Positions 19,506-29,460 of a DNA stretch of 64,000 nt are shown piece by piece (positions within the stretch are counted from its first letter, which is position 1; every line of letters begins with the position of its first letter). The DNA comes from Promethearchaeia archaeon (lineage in GTDB: Archaea > Asgardarchaeota > Lokiarchaeia > Sigyniarchaeales > SOKP01), in assembly GCA_029856045.1 (NCBI GenBank), contig JAHQWG010000048.1, positions 1 through 64,000 of the forward strand. The letters are read 5' to 3'. The position numbers and the translations under genes are program-made. Under the pieces are notes generated by a model that had not been told where the DNA came from, made no database searches, and saw only the letters and a program-made list of their open reading frames with translations.

Positions 19506-20480
19506 TCAACTTCTAAACGTTGCATTAAAGCTAATTTGCCATTGATAATGATGTTTTAATCCTTCGGAGACTTTTATTTTTGGCGAATATTCTAAGATTT
19601 TTTTTGCTTTCTCGACGTTAGAGTATGTGATATCGACATCACCCAGTTGTTTCTCAATAAATTGAATTTTCTTCTGTTTATTTGCGATGGAATACATTTG
19701 CTCAACTAATTGATTTACGGTTATTGGACTCGAGCAGCCGAGATTGAATACCTCTCCAACTGCCTCTGGTTTTTCTCCTGCAGCGATTACTCCATTAATT
19801 ATATCTGATATATATGTAAAATCTCTAAGTTGTTCTCCATCCCCAAATATGGTTATCCTATGGTTATTAAGGATGAAATCAAAAAATTTTCGAATTGCCA
19901 TATCGGGGCGTTGGCGGGCGCCATACACGGTAAAAAAGCGTAGTGAGGTGATTGGTAGTCCATATAATCTGTGGTAAAACTCGGCGTATTTTTCGCAGCA
20001 TAGTTTTGACACGGCGTATGGTGAGATTGGGTTTTTGGGGTGGTTTTCATCTACAGGGGTATATTCCGGGTTGCCATACACGGAGGATGAGGAGGCATTT
20101 ACAATTTGTTTTATATTTTTATTTAAACAGAATTCAAATAATTTGACGGTTGATTTGATATTGTTGTCCATTACTTCTATTGGATGGATAATTGAATAGC
20201 GTACGCCTGCTTGAGCCGCCAGATGGAATATTATATCGATGTCATGCTCAATTTCTTGTAGAGTAGAATCATTTCTGAGGTCTTTCTTAATTAAAATGAA
20301 GTCTTTTCTGTTCTCATATTTTTGAGTTAAATCGAGCAAATTTTTTTCTTTCCCGGTGTAATATTCATTGAAGTTATCGATTAGTATTAAGAAATTTCCG
20401 TTTCCGATTAGTCTTTCAGATAGGTGTGAGCCTATAAAACCGGAGGCTCCAGTTATCAGGATATTTTTATTTTTTATCAT
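19506..20480 (-). CDS. NAD-dependent epimerase (UDP-glucuronate 4-epimerase-like)
   Basis: TGASGFIGS, HLAAQAGVRYS, PISPYAVSK, LRFFTVYGARQRPDMA. Confidence 0.93.
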   Translation of the reverse strand: MIKNKNILITGASGFIGSHLSERLIGNGNFLILIDNFNEYYTGKEKNLLDLTQKYENRKDFILIKKDLRNDSTLQEIEHDIDIIFHLAAQAGVRYSIIHPIEVMDNNIKSTVKLFEFCLNKNIKQIVNASSSSVYGNPEYTPVDENHPKNPISPYAVSKLCCEKYAEFYHRLYGLPITSLRFFTVYGARQRPDMAIRKFFDFILNNHRITIFGDGEQLRDFTYISDIINGVIAAGEKPEAVGEVFNLGCSSPITVNQLVEQMYSIANKQKKIQFIEKQLGDVDITYSNVEKAKKILEYSPKIKVSEGLKHHYQWQISFNATFRS

Positions 20481-20652
20481 TGATTCATCGTTAAAATTGT
20501 TTACACTATTAAATTTATAAACGGTGTGATTAGTTTTTTACTATAAAAAATAAATATTCAAGATTTAAAATATTAATATTATCGGAGTTATTTATTCTTA
20601 AACTAAGATAATATTATTTTCCAAATTATTTCATAAATCAAGGTATTTTTAA

Positions 20653-23600
20653 ATGTTTGAGAAACCATCACCCCAGCAATTAGCCGAGGAGGCAGTTCGG
20701 CATTTAGATTTAGCCGAGAAATTTGAATCTCAGGAGAATTGGGCAAAAGCTATTGAAGAGTATTCAAAAGCTGTTGATTTATTAAAGCGGAGTGGATTAC
20801 TATCGCTTCATATTGATGATATAAATGAGCGAATTAGGCATTTGACTCAAATATCTCAACAAAACAAGGCTTTGCAGCGAAAGAAAGCCGAAGCTGAGTT
20901 TTCTGGTTTAAGGGATGAAGCATTTCACTTTTTGGATAAGGCAAAGTCTTTAGAAGTCAATGGTCGTTATCAAGAAGCCATATCTTGTTATTCTTCTGCT
21001 ATAAAGTTATTGGAACAGGCTAAATGGGATGAGAGTTTATTAGGACAAATCAAGTTAAAACTTGAAAAATTAGTGGGAATCTTCAAACAACAACAAATTA
21101 TGGCCCATCAAAGAGCATTACAGACTGAACAGGCACCTATTAAGGTTGAAAAGTCTTTTGGAGCTCCGGAAACCACAATTGTTCCTGCAGGACTTGATAA
21201 ACGAAGTAAATTACGAATGGAATTTGAGACTCAAAAACGAAAGGAAGAGGATATACAAAATAGTGCATTTGAAGCGATTGATATGGGTAAAAAGCTTTTA
21301 GAGGAAAAGAATTTCAACGTAGCAAAATCAAAATATCTCGAAGCTTTAGACCTATTGAGATCTATTGGATGGACTGATGAAAATTTGTCTTATTTGTATG
21401 GTGATATTGATTCCGTTGAAAGGCAGAGGGTAGCATTTGAAAAGGTGGAAGGTCAGAAAGTTGAACAGGCTGCAAGAGATACACCCCAACCAATTATTTC
21501 GGAGATATATCCTCAGAAAGAAATAGTTCCAGAAATTATGGACGTACAATCAAAAACAATAATGAAATATGAAGCGAAAAAAAGACGTGAGGATGAGGTT
21601 CAAAAGAAAGCATTTGAATTGATGGATGAGGGAGAGCGTTTAATAAAGGTCAAGGAATTTGATGAAGCCATGGAAAAGTATGGTATGGCTGGGCAGCTCT
21701 TAGAATCTATTGGGTGGGCTGATCAATTAGTTCATATTAATAAAATCATTGATAAGATAAATAAAGATAGAGTAAATTATAAGAAATTGCAGACACAGCA
21801 AATTAAAGCAAAAAAAGAAGCGGTTACTGCACCAGTCCCTGAAATCTCAGCAAAAGCAAAAGCAGATATTGAAGTTAAAAAGCAGAAAATAGTAGAGTTT
21901 GAAGAACGAAAAAAGCATGAAGAGAGTATTCAAAAAGAAGCTTTTAAGATGATTGATATTGCAAAACGATTTGAGCGAGATAAGCAATATGACGGGGCAA
22001 TCGAGAATTTTAATGGAGCAATTGATTTATTACAATCAATAGGGTGGACTGATTATGTTAAACCAATATACAAGTTCATCTCGGATATTAGAAGAAGACA
22101 AGAAAATGAACAGAAAGTACTCGAGGAGAAAAAATCTCGAGAGAAAGAATATTTAAAATTCCAAGAAATTATAAAAAAGCATGAAAAGATTCAAACGGAG
22201 CAGGGATTAGAGGGAATTTCCCTAAAACAGAAAGAGCTTGAAAAGACACGAGAAATAGATCACGCAAAAGAGAAAAAAGCTTTTAATGTAATAAATGAAG
22301 CCGATGAATTGGTAAGAAAAGGCAGTTATGAAAAGGCAATAAAAACTTATAAAAAGGCACATGATATTTTTAGAGAGATAGGTTGGGTTGAACAAATTGC
22401 GACAATTGAAACTACAATAAATACAGTTCAACATAAATATAGAGAATTTTTAAAAAATGACGAGAAAGCCACGGAATTAAAAGTTAAGCGTGCTGTAGAA
22501 GATGAAGAATTTCGAAAAACAATTGCCGAGCAGATTCGAAAAGAAAGGGAAAAGTTAGAGAAGAAAAAGATCGAAATTAGAGAATATGAAACAGAGATTG
22601 AATATCGGAAGAAAAGAAAGGTTGAAGCTTTTAAAATTTTAGATGAGGCAGAAGAATATACATTGCGTGGGGATTTTGATGTTGCCATAGAAAAATATTA
22701 CATGGCATCAATGATTTTTGTAGAAATTCAATGGACTGATGAATTATCACTCATTCAAAGTGTTATTAGAAATCTTGAAAATAAAAAGAAAGAAAGGAGG
22801 CTTTTAAGTCTAAAGGAGAGAGAAGATGGGTTAAAAAGAGAAAAGGAAACAAAAGAATTTCAAGCCAAAATTTCTGAACAATTAAGAGAGGAACGTGAGA
22901 AGTTAAGAGAAAAAGAGATTACAGTTAGAGAATATGAAAAAGAAGTGAAATATCGGGAAAAACAAAAGGATAAAGCATTTAAGATCTTAGATGATGCTCA
23001 AAAATTAACAATCAGTGGAGATTTTGATGAAGCTATAGAAAAATATGAAGTAGCTTCGATTATTTTTGCAGAAATTCAATGGGATGATGAGTTGGCACTT
23101 ATCCAGAATGCAATTCGAGATCTTGAGAATAATAAGAAGGAAAGAGAATTAAGGGAACAAAAGATTCGAGAAGAGTTATTGAAACGTGAGCAAGAAACAC
23201 AAGAATTTCAGAATATGATTGCTAAAGAATTAAGGATAGAGCGTGAAAAGTTAAGAGAAAGTCAAATTACGTTAAGAGAATATGAACAAGAAGTAGATTA
23301 TCGTGAGAATCGAAAAAATGAAGCTTTTGATATTTTAGATGCTGCAAAGATGTTAATAATGAGGGGGGATTTAGATGCTGCGATTGAAAAATATCATGAG
23401 GCATCAATTATTTTTGCTGAAATTCGGTGGACAGAAGAGTTGGCACTTATTCAAGGTGCAATACGCAAACTTGAGCAAAAAAAGAAAGAGAAAGAACTTT
23501 GGGAACAAATTGTAAGAGAGGAATCTATCAAAAAGGAACAAGAAGTAAGAGAATTTCAGCATGAAATTGCTTTAATCAAGAGTCAACAAGAAGAGAAAGT

Positions 23601-26600
23601 AAAATTTGCACAATATATTCAAGAGCAGAAAGAAATCTTATCAGAGCAGAAATTAAAGAAACAAGAAGAAGCATTGAAAATGCTTGAGACTTCATATGAA
23701 CATATAAGTAATGGAAATTTAGATGAGGCTATTAGAATTCATAAATCGGCAATAGAAATTCTTAATCAAATTGGTTGGAAAAGTCCTTATCTTAGGGTAA
23801 TTAAAGATACACTGGAGAATTTAAATAGACGTAAGATTGAAATCGTACAAAAGCTACAGCGCCAGAAGGAATTAACAGTTAAACATGAAGCTGAAGAAAG
23901 AGAATTTCAAGCGAGAATTACTCATAATATTGAGTTAGAAAAGAAAAAAATGTATGTTAAAAAAATCGCGACTCAGACTAAAGAACGATTACTTGCTTAT
24001 CGAGAAAAAGAGCGTATTGAAGCATTTGATGTAATGAATAAGGCGGAGATTTTAACAAAACGTGGAAATTTTGATGAATCTTTAGATCTTTATCGTCAAG
24101 CTGATATTATTTTAAGTGAAATTCAATTCCCCTCACATGCTGTTAAAGAAATGATACAGAAAATTAAATTGAAACAAAAGGAACAAAAAGAATTATTACA
24201 GAAAGAAAGAAAGATTCAAATTCATAGGCAATTAGAAGAGGCAACATTTCAAAAAGAAATTACTCGTCGGTTAGCATTTGAGAGAGAGAAGATGATAGTG
24301 AAGAAAATAGCTATCGAAACACGCGAGAAAATAGAAGTATATCGTGAGCAAAAACGAGAGGAAGCATTTAAGATATTAGATGAGGCAGAAGATTTAACAA
24401 AAACTGGAAATTTTGAGTTGGCAATTAATAGATATCGAAATGCTATGCTTCTTTTAAGTAAAATACAATATCCTGTTGATTCGATTCATGAAATGATAGG
24501 AAAGGTTCGTTTAAAAAAGATTGAACAAGAAGAAATTAAACGAAGAGAAATTGACCTAGCAGCCCGAAGAGAGATAGAATCAAGAGAATTTCGGGAGAAA
24601 ATTGCTTGGGAATTAAGAAGAGAGAGTGAGAGATTAGCAAGAAGGACAATTGCTCTCATAGAATATGAAGCTGAAGTAGAATATCGTGAAGATAGAAAAA
24701 AGGAAGCTTTTGATGTGTTAGATTCGGCAAAGTTATTAACACTTAGAGGTGATTTTGATGCATCTATTGAGAAATATCGGGAAGCTTCTATAATATTAGC
24801 GGAAATACAATGGACAAAAGAATTAACACTTATTCAAAATACAATTCGCCAACTGGAAAATAGAAAGAAAGAACGAGAACTTTGGGAACAACAATATCGA
24901 GAAGAAGCAATTAAACGAGAGATTGAAGAGAGAGAATTTCAAGAAAAAATTACTGAAATTTCAAGAAAGGAGCGTGAAAAATTAAGAGAAAAAGAGATTG
25001 CACTTAGGGAATATGAACAAGAAAAAGAATATCGAGAAAAAAGGAGGGATGAGGCATTTAAGATTTTGGATAAAGCAGAAAAATTTACTATTGCTGGAGA
25101 TTTTGATGTAGCTATAGAAAAATATCATGAGGCATCTATTATTTTCGCTGAAATACAATGGACAGAGGAGTTAGCACTTATTCAGAATGCAGTTCGTGAT
25201 CTTGAATATAAAAAGAAAGAACGGGTATTTTGGGAACAAAAAGCTCGAGAGAATGCAATTTGGAGGGAATTAGAAGCAAAGAAATTTCAAACAGATATTA
25301 CTGAGGCATTAAAAAAGGAGCATGAAAGATTAAAGGAAAAAGAGATTGCAATCAGAGAATATGAAAAAGAAGTAAAATATCGGGAGATGAGAAAAGAAGA
25401 AGCATTTCATATTTTAGATTCGGCACAAATTTTAACAATGAGGGGAAATTTTGATGAGGCTATTGAGAGATATCATGAAGCCTCAATAATTTTAGCAGAA
25501 ATTCAATGGATAGAAGAATTAAATCATATTCAAAATGCAATTAGTGAGCTTAATAAGAAAAAGAAAGAAAGAGAGCTTTGGCAACTAGAATTAAGAGAAG
25601 CAGCACTCAAACAAGAGCATGAAATAAGAGAATTTCAGCATAAAATTTCTATAATGAAAAAGAGTGAAGAAGATAAAGTAAAAATGGCACAATTTATTCA
25701 AGAACAACAAGGGGTTTTATCAGAACAACAATTAAAAAAGCAAAATGAAGCGTTGAAGATGCTTGAAGTTGCAGATACTCATATAAAAAGAGGTCAATTA
25801 GATGATGCTATTGAAATTTATAGGTTAGCAGTAGATATTTTTAATAAGATAGGATGGAAGGGTTCTTATCTTAAAGTAATACAAGACACATTTGATAATT
25901 TAACTCAACGAAAATTTGAAGTTGAACAAATAAAACAACATCAAATTCAATTAGCAGCTCAACGTGAAGCAGAAGAAAGAGAATTTCAAGCTAAAATTAC
26001 TCGAAGTATAGAATCCGAAAAGAAGAAAATGCTGGCAAAAGAAATTGCTATTCAAACTCAGGAACAAATAATTGCTCATCGAGAGAAAAGACGTAACGAA
26101 GCATTTGATAATATGGATAAAGCAGAGGAATTAACTAAAACTGGAAAATTTGATGAATCATTAACACTTTATCGCCAAGCTGATATAATATTAAGTGAAA
26201 TTCAATTTCCATCATATGCGGTAAGAGAAATGATACAGAAAATCAAGATAAAGCAAAAGGAACAAGTGGAATTACGTCAAAAAGAGAGAGAAATTCAAAT
26301 AAAAAGACAACAAGAAGAAGAAGCATTTCAAAGAGAAGTTGCTCGTCAGGTAGCGCTTGAGAGAGAGAAGATGAAAGTGAAGGAAATCGAAATTGAGACT
26401 CAAGAAAATGTAAGAGCATACCGAGAAAAACGTCGAAATGAAGTATTTAATATATTAGATGAGGCGGAACTCTTAACAAAAAGAGGTAACTTAGATTTAG
26501 CCATTGATACTTATCGTAAAGCCGCTCTTTATCTAACTGAAATTCAATATCCGGTTGATGCAATTTATGAAATGATTAGTAAACTTCGCATTAAAAAAAT

Positions 26601-29436
26601 AGAACAAGATCAAATGAAACAGCAAGAAATTGAAGCATCTACTCGAAGAGAGCTTGAATATAGACGTTTTCAGGAAGAGATTGCTCAAGCATTGAAAAGA
26701 GAAGAGGAAAGACTCAAAGAAAAAGAAATTAAGCTTAGAGAATATGAAAAAGAAAAGGAATATCGTGAAAAAATAAAGGATGAAGCATTCATTATTTTAG
26801 ATAAGGCAAAACAATTTACGGCTAGGGGAAATTTTGATGCCGGTATAGAGAAGTATCACGAGGCTTCAATAATTTTAGCTGAAATTCAATGGACAGAGGA
26901 ATTAAGAAATATTCAAAATGCCATTCGAGAACTTGAAAAGAGAAAGAAGGAAAGAGAACTTTGGGAGCAAAAAGCTCGAGAAGAAGCACTTAAGAGGGAA
27001 CAAGAAGCGAGAGAATTTCAATACAATATTTCGCAAATGAAAGCAATGAACGAAGAAAAAATAAAAATGGCTCAATTTATTCAAGAGCAACAAAAGGTTT
27101 TATCAGAGAGAAATTTTTTAAAGCAAAATGAAACGCTAAAAATGCTTGAAGTTGCAGATGCACATATAAAAAGAGGTAAATTAGATGATGCTATTGAAAT
27201 ATACATGTCTGCTATGAAAATTTTTAATGAAATAGGGTGGAAAGGACCATATTTAAAATTAATTCAAGATACACTAGATAATTTAAATAAGCGTAAATTC
27301 GAAATTGAACAAATTAAACAACAAAAAATTGAGTTAGAAGTTAAACGTGATGCAGAGGAGAGAGATTTTCAAGCAAAAATTGCACAAGGTATAGAGATAC
27401 AAAAACAAAAAATGCTAGCAAAAAAAATTGCTATTCAAACTCAAGAAGAAATATTTGCCCATCGTGAAAATAGGCGTAAAGAAGCATTTGATATTATAGA
27501 TAAAGCTGAAAAGATGACGAAAGAAGAAAATTTTGATGATGCGTTAAGGCTATACCGTCAAGCCGACATATTTTTGAGTGAAATTCAATTCCCATCAAAC
27601 ATTGTAAAAGAAATGATACCGAAAATTAAATTAAAACAAAGGGAACAAGAAGATTTACGGCAAAGAGAAAGAGAGATTCAAATTCAAAAACAATTAGAAG
27701 AGGAGGGATTTCAAAGGGAAATTGCTTATCATATAAAGCTTGAGAAAGAAAAAATGAGGTCAAAAAAGACTACACTTGAAGCACAAGAAATAATTAAAGA
27801 TTATCGCGAACAAAGAAGAGAAGAAGCATTTAGAGTGCTAGAAGAGGCAGAACAATTAACCAACTCCGGAAAATATGAATTGGCAATTGGTACTTATAGA
27901 AATGCCATGTTAATTCTTAGCGAGATTCAATATCCTACCGATTCAATTAATGAGATGATTAAAAAAGTTCAGAATAAAAAATTAGAGCAAGAACATCTTA
28001 AACATATAGAAATGGAAGCAGTGCTCCAAAGAGAGCAAGAAGAAAAGTACCTTGAAGAAGAGATTGCCCAAAAAGTTCAGTTAGAACAAGGAAGAATGAT
28101 GGAGAAGTTAAAAGCTATTGTATCACGTGAAAAAATACAAGTACGTTTTGAACAACGAAGAGAAGAAGCATTCAAGGTATTAGAAGAAGCAGAACAATTA
28201 ATTAAAACTGATAAATTTGATGAAGCAATTGAAACATACCGAAAAGCTTCATTAATTCTAAGTGAAATTCAATATCCCTTAGAGTCAATTAATGAGATGA
28301 TCAGAAAATTACAAATGAGAAAATCCGAACAAGCACAGATTATTCAACAAGAAAAAGAAGCACGACTCCAGAGAGAAAGTGAAGAAGCCGAACTTAGAAG
28401 AATTATTGAAGAGCGTCAGCGTCAAGAAGAGGAGATGAAAAGAGCAAAATATTTGGCTCTAAAGCAAAGGGAGGAATTAATTAAAAAAGTAGAAAGTCGT
28501 AGAGAAGTTGCATTTTCCCTATTGGAGAATGCTGATAAATTTTTAAAGCAATTCCCTCCTGATTTTGATAAATCAATTGAGTTGTATTTAGAAGCAAGAA
28601 ATGTTCTTTTAGAGATAAATTGGGAGCCAGAAATTGCGAATTTAGACGCTATGATCAGAAGTTTAAGAGAAGAAAAACAAAAATTTATCATTCAACAAAA
28701 ACAAGAAGAAGAGGCTCGAATTCGTGCTGCTGAAGAATATGAGAAATTTAACCAAGAAATTCTAAGAAAAAAGTTAGAAGTTCAAAGAGTTCAAGAAGTA
28801 CAACGGATGAAACTTGAAGCATTTAAATTTGAACAAGAACAACGAGAAAAACTTCAACAAGAGGGTTTTAATCTTCTTGATGATGCGAAAAAATCAGTTT
28901 TAATGCATCAGTTTAATTTTGCTTACGAGCAATTTGATCAGGCTATTGAAAAATTTAAGAGGATTGGTTGGTTTGAACAGATAAAATATATTGAAAAGGA
29001 AATAGAGACCACTAAGAAATTAGAAGAAAATGCAATAAAAGCACAAGAAGAAGTTAAAAGAGCTCAAGAGGCACTCTTAAAACAAAAAGGATTGGAAGAC
29101 CAGCGGCGAATAGAAGAAGAGACAATAAAAATACATTCAGTCAAGGAAATTACAGCAATTTCAGATGACATTATCAAATCGTTAAGACAACAACGATTAG
29201 AACAAGAAAGTACTCAAGTTGTTTCTAAAGAACAAATTAAATCAGATGCTGCAAGTTTTGCAAAAGAGTTAACAAAAATGATTAAAATCAAACAAGATTT
29301 GATGGCTGAAATTGCAAAAGCTGAAGAAGACGAGAAAGAAAAAACAACAGAGAAAGAAAAACAAAAAACTAAGGAAGAACTTAAAGAACTACATAAGTGG
29401 ATAAAAGATGCTGCCAAAAAATCAAAGAAAAAATAA
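20653..29436 (+). CDS. Giant (2927 aa) all-helical repeat protein: 25 MIT/TPR-like units with E/K/R/Q-rich spacers
   Basis: Recurrent EAF.ILD.A....G.FD.AIE.Y..A..I..EI(Q/G)(W/Y/F) every ~115-117 aa; no signal peptide or TM segment. Confidence 0.9.
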   Translation: MFEKPSPQQLAEEAVRHLDLAEKFESQENWAKAIEEYSKAVDLLKRSGLLSLHIDDINERIRHLTQISQQNKALQRKKAEAEFSGLRDEAFHFLDKAKSLEVNGRYQEAISCYSSAIKLLEQAKWDESLLGQIKLKLEKLVGIFKQQQIMAHQRALQTEQAPIKVEKSFGAPETTIVPAGLDKRSKLRMEFETQKRKEEDIQNSAFEAIDMGKKLLEEKNFNVAKSKYLEALDLLRSIGWTDENLSYLYGDIDSVERQRVAFEKVEGQKVEQAARDTPQPIISEIYPQKEIVPEIMDVQSKTIMKYEAKKRREDEVQKKAFELMDEGERLIKVKEFDEAMEKYGMAGQLLESIGWADQLVHINKIIDKINKDRVNYKKLQTQQIKAKKEAVTAPVPEISAKAKADIEVKKQKIVEFEERKKHEESIQKEAFKMIDIAKRFERDKQYDGAIENFNGAIDLLQSIGWTDYVKPIYKFISDIRRRQENEQKVLEEKKSREKEYLKFQEIIKKHEKIQTEQGLEGISLKQKELEKTREIDHAKEKKAFNVINEADELVRKGSYEKAIKTYKKAHDIFREIGWVEQIATIETTINTVQHKYREFLKNDEKATELKVKRAVEDEEFRKTIAEQIRKEREKLEKKKIEIREYETEIEYRKKRKVEAFKILDEAEEYTLRGDFDVAIEKYYMASMIFVEIQWTDELSLIQSVIRNLENKKKERRLLSLKEREDGLKREKETKEFQAKISEQLREEREKLREKEITVREYEKEVKYREKQKDKAFKILDDAQKLTISGDFDEAIEKYEVASIIFAEIQWDDELALIQNAIRDLENNKKERELREQKIREELLKREQETQEFQNMIAKELRIEREKLRESQITLREYEQEVDYRENRKNEAFDILDAAKMLIMRGDLDAAIEKYHEASIIFAEIRWTEELALIQGAIRKLEQKKKEKELWEQIVREESIKKEQEVREFQHEIALIKSQQEEKVKFAQYIQEQKEILSEQKLKKQEEALKMLETSYEHISNGNLDEAIRIHKSAIEILNQIGWKSPYLRVIKDTLENLNRRKIEIVQKLQRQKELTVKHEAEEREFQARITHNIELEKKKMYVKKIATQTKERLLAYREKERIEAFDVMNKAEILTKRGNFDESLDLYRQADIILSEIQFPSHAVKEMIQKIKLKQKEQKELLQKERKIQIHRQLEEATFQKEITRRLAFEREKMIVKKIAIETREKIEVYREQKREEAFKILDEAEDLTKTGNFELAINRYRNAMLLLSKIQYPVDSIHEMIGKVRLKKIEQEEIKRREIDLAARREIESREFREKIAWELRRESERLARRTIALIEYEAEVEYREDRKKEAFDVLDSAKLLTLRGDFDASIEKYREASIILAEIQWTKELTLIQNTIRQLENRKKERELWEQQYREEAIKREIEEREFQEKITEISRKEREKLREKEIALREYEQEKEYREKRRDEAFKILDKAEKFTIAGDFDVAIEKYHEASIIFAEIQWTEELALIQNAVRDLEYKKKERVFWEQKARENAIWRELEAKKFQTDITEALKKEHERLKEKEIAIREYEKEVKYREMRKEEAFHILDSAQILTMRGNFDEAIERYHEASIILAEIQWIEELNHIQNAISELNKKKKERELWQLELREAALKQEHEIREFQHKISIMKKSEEDKVKMAQFIQEQQGVLSEQQLKKQNEALKMLEVADTHIKRGQLDDAIEIYRLAVDIFNKIGWKGSYLKVIQDTFDNLTQRKFEVEQIKQHQIQLAAQREAEEREFQAKITRSIESEKKKMLAKEIAIQTQEQIIAHREKRRNEAFDNMDKAEELTKTGKFDESLTLYRQADIILSEIQFPSYAVREMIQKIKIKQKEQVELRQKEREIQIKRQQEEEAFQREVARQVALEREKMKVKEIEIETQENVRAYREKRRNEVFNILDEAELLTKRGNLDLAIDTYRKAALYLTEIQYPVDAIYEMISKLRIKKIEQDQMKQQEIEASTRRELEYRRFQEEIAQALKREEERLKEKEIKLREYEKEKEYREKIKDEAFIILDKAKQFTARGNFDAGIEKYHEASIILAEIQWTEELRNIQNAIRELEKRKKERELWEQKAREEALKREQEAREFQYNISQMKAMNEEKIKMAQFIQEQQKVLSERNFLKQNETLKMLEVADAHIKRGKLDDAIEIYMSAMKIFNEIGWKGPYLKLIQDTLDNLNKRKFEIEQIKQQKIELEVKRDAEERDFQAKIAQGIEIQKQKMLAKKIAIQTQEEIFAHRENRRKEAFDIIDKAEKMTKEENFDDALRLYRQADIFLSEIQFPSNIVKEMIPKIKLKQREQEDLRQREREIQIQKQLEEEGFQREIAYHIKLEKEKMRSKKTTLEAQEIIKDYREQRREEAFRVLEEAEQLTNSGKYELAIGTYRNAMLILSEIQYPTDSINEMIKKVQNKKLEQEHLKHIEMEAVLQREQEEKYLEEEIAQKVQLEQGRMMEKLKAIVSREKIQVRFEQRREEAFKVLEEAEQLIKTDKFDEAIETYRKASLILSEIQYPLESINEMIRKLQMRKSEQAQIIQQEKEARLQRESEEAELRRIIEERQRQEEEMKRAKYLALKQREELIKKVESRREVAFSLLENADKFLKQFPPDFDKSIELYLEARNVLLEINWEPEIANLDAMIRSLREEKQKFIIQQKQEEEARIRAAEEYEKFNQEILRKKLEVQRVQEVQRMKLEAFKFEQEQREKLQQEGFNLLDDAKKSVLMHQFNFAYEQFDQAIEKFKRIGWFEQIKYIEKEIETTKKLEENAIKAQEEVKRAQEALLKQKGLEDQRRIEEETIKIHSVKEITAISDDIIKSLRQQRLEQESTQVVSKEQIKSDAASFAKELTKMIKIKQDLMAEIAKAEEDEKEKTTEKEKQKTKEELKELHKWIKDAAKKSKKK
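22620..28200 (+). repeat. Higher-order repeat in the giant protein: (AAABCD)x2 + ABCD + D
   Basis: Unit types are defined by EIQWTEEL (A), IGWK.PYL (B), SEIQFPS (C) and IQYP (D). B units lie at ~23671, ~25750 and ~27133 (spacings 2079 and 1383 nt). Confidence 0.85.
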
Positions 29437-29460
29437 TTCCTAATTTTAATTTATAAAGGT

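Noticed and set aside
21352-29417. Short antisense ORFs within the giant gene (and similar ones inside other long CDSs)
   Set aside because: F/S/L-rich shadows of E/K/R-biased coding strands, with no motifs.
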